A DNA stretch of 63,223 nt, filler included, from Reticulomyxa filosa (lineage: Eukaryota; Protista; Foraminifera), in assembly GCA_000512085.1 (NCBI GenBank). It is 22 parts of 22 records of this genome, joined end to end, with 100 filler letters (N's around TTAATTAATTAA, not from the genome) between each part and the next. Parts side by side here need not be neighbours in the genome. Positions count along the whole stretch, not along the records: positions 51,947 to 53,661 come from ASPP01046949.1; positions 53,762 to 58,391 come from ASPP01010865.1; positions 58,492 to 60,942 come from ASPP01005726.1; positions 61,043 to 63,223 come from ASPP01022342.1; 18 more parts are not named here. One strand, written 5' to 3'. The notes beneath the pieces are model-generated. The model did not search any database. It was not told the origin of the DNA and saw only the letters and a list, made by a program, of their open reading frames with translations. The stretch's first letter is position 1. The number at the start of each line of letters is the position of its first letter. The position numbers and the translations under genes were made by a program. Shown here piece by piece: positions 53,481 to 63,223 of the stretch.

Positions 53481-53836
53481 AAGAAAAAGAAAATGTTTTG
53501 CTTTGTTTTTTGAGCGCTATAGTTGAATTTTTTTTTATTTTAATTTGATTGATATTTAACCTTAAAGCATATGACATCACCATTTGCTGAAGGACCCTTG
53601 GATTCTCTGTTAGCTGCACAGAGGTGAGCAATGCTACTGTGTGATGATCTTTTTTTTTTTTNNNNNNNNNNNNNNNNNNNNNNNNNNNNNNNNNNNNNNN
53701 NNNNNTTAATTAATTAANNNNNNNNNNNNNNNNNNNNNNNNNNNNNNNNNNNNNNNNNNNNAAAAAAAAAAAAAAAAAAAGGGGGATTTTTTTTTTTTTT
53801 TTTTTCCAAAAAATTAAAAAAAAAAAAAAAAAAAAA

Positions 53837-56800
53837 GATACAAGAAGCAAAAGAAAAAGCAGAAAAGCGACATAAATTACATTTGCATCCCGCAACAGTG
53901 CACAAGACGCTGCACAATGTGATCGACGTGAAGTACGTGGATCAAAACTCGCAGAACCAGCTGCCGCTGACGTATATGAGCGGGAACGATATAGGACCGA
54001 ATATTTACGGGGATGAGGTCGGCATCGACGCAGGGGAGAACAAAAAAAATCCCTGTGACACAAGTGATCAATACACGTTTGGAAGACCAAATGCCCGACA
54101 TTGTCATTCCCATCATCAAAGCGATCGAGTTGCAATTTGTCCAGCATCTCACCTACGAGTTGGTCCACGTGTCTGCTTTTTATGCCGATCAATGTCAAAT
54201 CTTTGCGAAACAGGTTTGTTGCATGTGTGTGTGTGTGTGAGTGTGTCGTCTTTTTTTTTTTTTTTAAAAAAACCGACACATTAAACAATGGTTAGACAGA
54301 TAAACTGTTGCAACAAGTTCGCGTGTTGCGTCAACAAATGCAAACAGTCGACAACGAAGAGGAAGACGAAAAATCAGACCAAATAGTAATAAAGCCAAGG
54401 ATAAAAACAAAGACAAAAACAAAAAAGGTGAAGCGAAGAGAACGTGTTCGAGAAGATGAAGATGAAGAAGAAGAAGAAGAAGAAGAAGATGAAGAAGGGG
54501 AGGAAGAGGACGAGGAGGATAAAGAGATGCAAAAAAGACGCACTGCAAAAATAAAAAGACGAAAGAATCAACAAGAACTGGACAAACGGAAGGAACGTGA
54601 ATACGACGAAAGAGCAGACGAAGATGATGTCATCGAGGTCGAAGACGATGAAGACTACAGCAAGAACAAAGACAAGAAGGAAGACGATCAGAACGAAAAC
54701 GAGGACACGCAAGACAAGAAGAAACAAACAAACAAAAAAGGTCATGGCATCCCTCGACCCCCTAGCGCTAACGCCTTGACTCGACTGCGTGCCACGTTCG
54801 AAAAAGACCAACGCGTTATCGTCAATGTGTCCGCCCAAAAGACAAAGCTACGCAAACTGTTTCGTCAAACCTATCACGCCATTGCAGAATTGTCCAAATA
54901 TCGAGTCTTGAACGCTACCGCATTTGTTGAAATTTCCAAACAAGTTTGGAGACCTCGTTGACATATATACATATATATATATATGTATATATGTATATAT
55001 TTGTTGGACTACATTTGCATATGAAATATAAAACAATATATATGTATATATATATATATATAAAAGCATGATCAACGCTCGTTGCTGTGGAAAGAAGTGA
55101 AAAACTTGGTCGTGGATGTGATAAAGGACAGCAATTTGGGTAGCGCGTACTTTGAAGAATACCTATTGAAGCGACTGGAAGAGGTATACAAAAGCATATT
55201 GGCACACACGAACAACAAGGAGCAAGCGATTCAACAATTACGAGCGCCTCCGACGAGGGAACGAATGGACATGAGCAGCTGCTTGGTTGGAGTCTATGGT
55301 GGTGTGAGCGCGACGCTGTCCATCGTCTGCGGGATGTTGTGGACGGAGATCAAATCCGTATATTGGAAAAACTATGTCGTGAGACATGCGTGGTACAGCT
55401 TGGAAGCCACGCTGCTGCTGAGCTTGTATCTATGGCTATGGGGAGTAGACGTATTCTTCTTCGAGCGAAAGCGATTCAATCACACGTTCATCATGGAAGC
55501 CGACCCCGCCTTGGTCATGCGATCACGTGACATTTTTTACGTGGCTTCGTTGGTGTCCTTGTTCGCATTGCTTGGCTTGCTGTCATTCATCACATATCAC
55601 TATGGCTTTGTCCAATGGAGTCCTGCCTACGTCTCCGTCACCTGGCTCGGGCTGTGGATCTTTGGCACGATCTATCCCTGGCAGAAAATCGCCTCCACCA
55701 AAAAGTTCATCTTTCGTAGTCTGGTTCGTCAATTGACCGCCCCCTTCCAAGATGTCCGCTTTATTGATTTTTTTTTGGCCGATCAATGGACTAGTCTTTT
55801 TACCATTTTGGTTGATATTGGTTACACCTTGTGCTATTTGTTCAAGTTCATATACATATATATATATATATATATATGTATATCTTTTCACTGCTCTTGT
55901 ATGCTATGTTCGCTAGGGGTGACTTATGGGAAAACAAAGAATCGCAAACGTGTGACCAAACTGCTGTGATCACTGCAGTCTCTGCTTTGGTGTTAATTCC
56001 TTGTTAGGTCTCTTCGCACACAACAACAACAACAACAACAACAGATTTTATATAAAACATTCAATTTTTTTTTTTTATATTTAAAAAAAAAAGATTGGAT
56101 TCGCTTTTGGCAATGTATTCATCGAATGCTCATTGCTGGTGTGATAAGGGAGTTTCGACATCTCTTTTCTCGTGGCAATCACATTCTAAATTCGCTCAAG
56201 TATTTGCTAATCATATCTGCCACAGTCGCTTCGGTGTATTACACCGGGAGTCCGTCGACAGATCAGTTCATTGCTCGAATCCTGTTTGGCGTAATGTTAC
56301 ATTCCTTGCCTTTGCCTGGGATGTCGTCTGTGATTGGGGCCTGTTTCAATCCCACTCCAAACATAAGTATCTACGCAAGAATCTCCGGTTCTCTCCCTGG
56401 GTTTATTACTCGGCCATTTTTGTCAATTTCCTTTTCAGAGGCGCATGGGCCGTTGCTTTATTTCCAAAACTTTTAGGTGTTGTTTGTTTTTTGTTTTTTT
56501 TTTTTTTTTTTCTTCTTCCATTTGATTATTTTATTTGTTCATCTATTTTTGTTTATTTTATTTGTTTGGTAGGAATAAGCTTCTCGGGACCTTATTTAAG
56601 GCTTCCATTTGCCGCTTTGGAAGTCATTCGTCGTTGCGTTTGGAATGTGCTAAGAATGGAAAACGAACACTTAAACAACTGCGACAACTTTCGAATTTTG
56701 GCTGAAATTCCAGAAATGGACGTGTCACATTTCAGTTACCTTTATATACATATACGTGTACATATATACATATACATATATACATATACATATATATGTA

Positions 56801-57227
56801 TGTAATGTGTTGTGTTGTGTACGTAGTATTCCAGTAAAATCTTTTTTTGTTTGAAATATGCTCAGAATTTGCACAGAGTCGATCTCGTTTAAGATTGCCA
56901 ACTCCCAAAAAAACTCCGAGTAAAGAGCTGACCAAGTATCGACAGGACAGTCGACGAATGTCTTTGGACGAAATAACCACGCCCAAAATAAACGTGGACG
57001 AAGCCGCATGGAAAGACAGTAAGCCACGGATCGAATCTTTCAAAAATGAAAATGCTGTGGAGCTGATCGCGCAAAAAGAGGCGCAACATAGTGATCATTA
57101 CGAAAGCAATGAAAGTGGGAACGAAAGATCTCTTACCATGGAATATTCGGACAGTCTAGACCAATTTAAAGAAAGCCATGGAGGCTTGAACAATTTCTTG
57201 ACCAGTCACATGCAATTGAACAAATGA
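53837..57227 (+). CDS. SPX-EXS phosphate exporter (XPR1/PHO1/SYG1 family), 5' truncated
   Basis: SPX: FVQHLTYELVHVSAFY...ELSKYRVLNATAF; EXS: DFFLADQWTSL, IPYWIRFWQC, NSLKY, WDVVCDWGL, LEVIRRCVWNVLRMENEHLNNC; introns 54214-54295, 54944-55066, about 55846-55916, 56003-56093, 56477-56572, about 56722-56876; frame breaks at about 54045 and 56293. Confidence 0.93.
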
Positions 57228-57716
57228 AAATATCCTAAAAAAAAAAAAAAAAGTACGATATTAACATAAAATAATACTTACAAATATTGCTTGTGTTTCT
57301 GGTATTTTCATACAAGTTTTGTGAAGCCACTTTCTTAAAAAAAAAAAAAAAATGTATACCTGTTGATACCTTTTTTTTTCTTTGTTTGGCTTCAACTTAT
57401 ATAAATGTCAATCACATCATACTTTTTTCTCTTTTAAATAAAAACAAATAAAAGAAGAAGTGGAACATAATTCTCCGATGTATGTGTCAACCTTTGAGGG
57501 GTTTATATTGGGTTGGTACTTTTTTTTATGATGAAAACATCATATTTGTACTATCTTTGTTTAAAATAAAATTAGCAATTTACAAAGCAATTATTTTTTT
57601 AAATGTTAAAAAAAAAGTTCTTTTTGTTTAGCGAAAGTTAAATCGAAACAATAAGCATAACATTAATCGATAAACTACTTTCGCATAAAATTGAATAGAA
57701 ACAAAAAAAGACAAAA

Positions 57717-58320
57717 ATGTCAACAAATACAATGTCTCAACCATTTTTTATGAACGACAACGACAGTGATAACTCGTCAATAGGAAGTGGAAGACGAACA
57801 AAAAAAAAAGAAAAAACAGCAAAGTGTTGGAGAGAGTATCAAGTGATCACTTTGACGAGCATTTGCAATGGAAGCATCGAAGTAATGAAATAATAATGTT
57901 ACGAAATAAGCTGGAGGAAGAAATCCAAGCGCAAAAATGGAAGAATGCATTGACAACGTGCCATCAAATATTGGAGCGAACGACATTTAGTTTCGACGGT
58001 ATTTATCATTTCTATTGTGGTTTCATTCAAGAAAAAGGGTTTAGAAACTTTGACCGAGCGGAGAAACATTACAAAATTGCATTACAAATCGAAAACAAAA
58101 ACGAGCGCTACATCCGCTACTATGCGAGGATCGCACGGAGATTGCAGCGCTATGACGACAGTGAGCAAATGTATTTATACGGCCTAAGCATTCATTCCAA
58201 CAACCAGTGCATGCGATATGAGTACGCATACTTGCTTTGGATGGCACAAAAGTACCAAGCGTCATTGGAACAATTGAAGACATGTTTGGAATACAATCAA
58301 TCCCGAAATATTGATGAAAG
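57717..58320 (+). CDS. TPR-repeat protein (3' truncated)
   Basis: FDRAEKHYKIALQIE, YDDSEQMYLYGLSIH, YEYAYLLW helical-repeat pattern; ATG 57717 joins ORF 57824 if one base is added in the A runs at 57800-57816. Confidence 0.75.
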
Positions 58321-58355
58321 GTTTTTTTTTTTTTTTAAATAAAAAAGGGGGAGGG

Positions 58356-58391
<36 letters not shown>

Positions 58392-58599
58392 NNNNNNNNN
58401 NNNNNNNNNNNNNNNNNNNNNNNNNNNNNNNNNNNTTAATTAATTAANNNNNNNNNNNNNNNNNNNNNNNNNNNNNNNNNNNNNNNNNNNNCTAGATACT
58501 TTCACTAGAGTCTAATTCATAGTAATATTTTCCAAACGCTTTCAATGCGAAATAATTTTTTAGATATTCTTGAAACATGTTAGCTTTGATATCACTGAA

Positions 58600-59070
58600 A
58601 GTAATAGCTATCTTAGAATATTTTGGTTAGATTTAGTCGTTTTCACTTCTGTAAAATATTCACGTATTTGAGTGCATATCTTGCTTTTGCAAGGGCAAAT
58701 CAAATATGTTCTGCAACATGTAAACGTAATATTATTTTTATATATTTTTTCATTGCAGATTGATTCAATAACATGTTTATAATAATCCAGTTCGTATTCA
58801 GCTTCAATTATTATATCGCTTTTCCATCTGTTGCCAATCCAGTATGTAATTCCTTCAAATTGGGTTCCCATTTTTCATATTCCTTATATAAATATTTATC
58901 AAAATACTTGCTTATACATCCATTAAATAGATAATGCCCACAATGAAGAATCAATATCTTTTCTTGTTTGTGATATATATATACAACGTAATTACAACGC
59001 ATACATACTACTTTTTTACAATTTGCTTCAATTAAAAAACGACATGTAAATGGATATTCCAAATAATTCT
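58600..59070 (-). pseudogene. Decayed RING-like zinc-finger sequence in an AT-rich degenerate contig
   Basis: CMRC...LHCGHYL..CI and a further Cys cluster in broken frames. Confidence 0.3.
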
Positions 59071-62000
59071 TTCTTCCATCTTCAGTTAAAAATTGTTTTT
59101 TTGAATCTAATGTAGATACTCAAGCAAAAAAATTACAATAATTGCCATTGTATTGTTTCAACAAATCTCGTTCCTCTTTTGTTTTCCAAAATAATCCTTC
59201 ATTGGCCACCTGGTAACAGTTTTAATGTAATCTTTATTGCTAGTTCAATCAATTCGAGAAACTCTTCAAAAATTGTTTTTCTTTCAGGAAATTTTTCTTT
59301 TTCCTTTTTTACTTGACGATCATGTATTTCTTTATTGATGTGGTTGCATGTTATTATTTCCAATTTAGCTTTATAATCACTTTCATTTTGCTTCTTACTT
59401 TTGGTATATGCTTCAAAAAGTTATCAGTTGCATCCAATTGATATATTTGCAATTTTGTTTTAGATTTTGATGCTCAGTGTTATATAATTGAATTTGTTTT
59501 AAATCTTGTTGTTTGCCTTTGGATACAACATTTGATTGATTTGTATATATAATGACACTATTTATATTGTCTCCCATTCATTTGTCTGTGAAAAAATCAT
59601 ATTCGCTTCACGTCGTCCCCCTTACATGGAGTCATTTCCAATTGACACGAATAATAACGATAGCTGTCCCATTGTTTATTAGCTTTTACCTTCCATTTCA
59701 ATCTAAAAATTTTATTGTCACTGTATATCTTTTTTTAAAAAAATATCTTTTAAACAAATGACAATTGGTTCAATAATGTTCTGTTCTGTGGAAAGTAGCA
59801 TATTAACTGTTTGTATAATTGATGACATATAGTTTTGTTTATTTGCAAATTGTATATTTATTGATATGTCGAAGATGTCTAACGTTTTTTCGTTTTGTTG
59901 AATAGGCGTTATCTTCAATAATTATTGCAGCTTTTTTTATTTTTCATTATTGTGGACTGTCGAGTAAATATATTGTTCAACACTTTGGATAGTGTGTTCG
60001 ATATTTTTATAGTTATTTTGAAGCTAATATAATTCGTTTATAACTATTTGTTTTTTTGTCTGTGTATATCACTTTTCCTAGTAGTTGTTCTTTATGCGAC
60101 TTCAAGTTTCTTATCAGCTCTTTATATCATTTAGATATTAGTTGCTGCGACGCAAAACAATTTTCTTCTAACTCCATGATCTTTGTTTCTAAATCAATCA
60201 TCTTTTGTATATTTCTTTGGAGTTTTTTTATATTCATCACTAAGGAACAGCACGAGCAGTTGCTTTGGTTAGTTAGGTTCCAAGTCAATTTCATATGAAT
60301 ACTCTTTTGTAGAGCTTTCACCATTATATATCTAGTAAAAATATCTATGTCTTGTGCATTCTATTTATACCATCTTTTTTCCAATTCGTCCAATTTTTTT
60401 TAATCAACTTATCATTTTCTTACAATAAATATTTTAATTTATAATTCAATGTGTTAAAGTTATCCAACAACCATTTTCAGCATTAGAAATTTGCTTAATT
60501 TCTCCTATGTTGTGTTCTACTTGTTTTTCTTCATCTATAATATTTCTTTTAGCAGATAGAATGCTATTATATTTTGACTTATAATTTATATATGTCAAAA
60601 GTTTTTTATTAATTTCATTTTTTAAAATCTTCGTAATATAATGCATATCAATATATACCTTTTTTTTATTTCATCAAATTTGCCATCGTAACCCCAAATA
60701 TCAAGATAATACATGTTATCCAACTATATTTTATCTTCGTCTTTGCAATTTATTTTTCCATTCTTTTAGTTTATCTATTTTCAATTGATTTTTAGTTTCT
60801 TCCATTTTATTTTCGTTTTTTTAAATATTTTGAATAGTTTTAAAAGGAAACTGTGTTCCGTTTTTTACTCTCGCTAGAGTATTTTCCATTTCTATTTTTT
60901 CATATAAAGTTAAGATGTTAATTAATTCTTTTGTTTTAAAGANNNNNNNNNNNNNNNNNNNNNNNNNNNNNNNNNNNNNNNNNNNNTTAATTAATTAANN
61001 NNNNNNNNNNNNNNNNNNNNNNNNNNNNNNNNNNNNNNNNNNTCCTAAAATAAAAAGCGCCCTTGACTGGTGCTCTGTCCATGGCATTGGCCGAAAAAGT
61101 TTTCTAACACGATTTCGACCCATACATACGTCTTTGGCAAACTCCGTGATGAAATACTCTTCGATATCTACATTTCCAATCCAATAATGCCATACTATTT
61201 GATCTTTACAAACTTGCCTTCACTTAAATCGTCATTATATGACTTTGGTACCCAAACTTTCAATTACTTCAGATCAATGGGCAAATACTCCTCTATTAGA
61301 ATTTACGTCTTTTGAATGTCTCAGCCATAGCATTGGCATCCCACTCGTCCAGTTCCACTCCACAAGAATCTTTGTTGATCCTCTCTAAATTCGATCAAAG
61401 GTTCCATACAAGTACATCCTACGTTCAAAATAAAACAAAAACTTTTTCAGTGTTTGTACCTTTGTCCTCCAAATCTTCTATCGCCACCATTTGCAATAGG
61501 CTCAAGTGGCTTCAATCCTACAATTAGCACATCTGGATATTATATTTTATAAATATATATTCTTTTTGGATATACCCAAATTTAGAACGCTTACAGTTGA
61601 GACACCCGTGATTTTGTCTTTAAGCAAGACATAGTCGCTCACTTCGAAGAAGACTTCTTCATTGTGGCTGCCACTCTCCAGGTGTGCCGTCGTCAAAGGT
61701 AGCGAGTCGACAATTGTGAGTGATTGAATACTGTTTTGCGACTTGGTCCAATGTGGCCTTGTTTACAAATTTGTTTGAAAAGATATTCAAAGAAGCTGGT
61801 TCGTGATGTTTCTTTGTCACAATCTTGTCTTTTTTCTGTTCGTCTAACTGCTCAAAATTCTTAAAAATTGTTATCATTGTTAGTGATCTGCGGTCTTGAC
61901 ACTCAACCATCACTGTAGTGTTTCCACTTCTGGTCGAACTTGTGATGTCATGTCTTTCTTTTTGAGGATATCTTTCGTCAAGTCTACTTTGGAGTATCTT

Positions 62001-63223
62001 GACTTTAAAGACCAATTGCAAACTTTGTCCACGTTTGTCAAGTTGAGTTCTCCCACTGTTAAGGATTCTATGGGAAAAACCTTTTTTTTAAACTGTATTT
62101 TTTGATAAGAGATCACAGCTTTAAAAATAGAATAAATTATGTTTGTTAATCTGATCCACACTCCTGCAATGTTCAGAAATTATGATTGAAGATGTACATG
62201 TTTTGATATTGTATCGTCGGGTTGATTGTGTGTACGTCTACCTGAGATTTTTTTATCTGCTTTCTTGTTTTCAGTATCAAATATTTTTTCCACTTATGAT
62301 AATTTCAAAAAAGAAGGAATACCCAAATTGAATGATTGATAACTTTGTTATCCTTTGTTTTTTTTATTTTGGATAGTCAAAGTATTGAAGTATTGAGACT
62401 CGAAATGTTTTGAAATGAGTCTTTAGCTTGTTTCTTTATTTGGTCATAATACAGCGACAAAAAAAAACATAAAAACATGATCTAATCAAAAAGTTTTGGT
62501 AACAAATTAATATGTACATAAACATTGAGAAACTTCGTATAACAATCGACCCCCACTGTTGTGAGGATTTTTTGTAATTTCACGTACTGGTTATTGTGGA
62601 CCATCAATTTCAATCGATGAACAGAAGATAATATTGTAGACTATTTTTTGTTGTGGAAGTGGTGTATAATCGAATATCTGATTTATTTATTTATTTATGA
62701 TAATTTCATGTATTATTCACTTTCGAAACAAAAAAAAATTAATATCCTCATTTTGATTGTGACGATAGATATACAATGTTAACCTGAATATTATCAATCA
62801 GGATAGACCACAATAGACAAACGTATTTGTTTAGGCTGCGATGACAGCATTTTTTTTTGAATGTTGGGTTTGCACTGACTCTATTCTTTCTTTTTCGGCA
62901 GCTGTTACATTTTTGTAGAGGACTACGTTGGCGAATGAACTCTCCATGTTGTATAGGTTGGCTTGTTAGGCTGTTTAAAGAAAGAAAAGCCAAAACCATC
63001 TTTGTAAGGTCAAAGAGAACTTTTTCTAAAAGGGAAAACTTTTTCTCTTCTACAGAAAAATCGTTACCCAAGAAAAAGTGATGATTCATTCCAAAAAAAC
63101 AATTTTAATTTCAATTATCTGTAATTAATCGTTTTTTAAAACCAAAAATGATATACTATACAAAGTTTTTGACAATTCGTTTTGTCAAGTTGTTTTGTCA
63201 AAAATGCCAAAATATTCCAAAAA

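Noticed and set aside
1-63223. Alternative genetic code; tRNA, rRNA, telomere or CRISPR arrays; operon-like clustering across contigs
   Set aside because: TAA, TAG and TGA all terminate recognisable genes; no such RNA genes or arrays were seen by eye; neighbours across spacers are not physically linked

Overview
This is not one locus. It is 22 short (about 1-8.5 kb) contigs of an AT-rich, intron-containing eukaryote joined by an artificial 100-nt spacer (44 N + TTAATTAATTAA + 44 N), so adjacency across spacers carries no information. The style (tiny contigs breaking at simple repeats, an expanded WD40 family ending in IRxWG, TRAF-like CxxC starts, many decayed gene copies) suggests a foraminiferan draft genome such as Reticulomyxa filosa; this is inference, not a database match. 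Recognisable genes: U2SURP/SR140, a MYND/MSS51-like protein, a C2orf69-like protein, a MacroD macrodomain protein, WD40 and Kelch proteins, a UBA-like protein, an N-myristoylated globin-domain protein, a divergent alpha-kinase, a Mut-7/EXD3-type exonuclease, ADA2, flagellar DRC3, SAP30-like and LIM proteins, SEC24 head-to-head with ARL1, an SPX-EXS (XPR1/PHO1) phosphate exporter and a TPR protein, plus two tandem decayed eIF4A-like copies. The strongest cross-contig signal is intron architecture. Many introns are U-rich in the 5' half and A-rich in the 3' half, end in poly(A)-AAG rather than a polypyrimidine tract plus YAG, and often contain fold-back stems; this is a candidate structure-assisted, U2AF2-independent mode of 3' splice-site definition. 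Other points: a one-directional excess of single-base-missing frameshifts (probably homopolymer undercalls), extreme codon-composition bimodality even within one gene, and an SPX domain lacking most of its lysine surface cluster. All exon models and family calls were made by eye, and novelty cannot be confirmed without searches.
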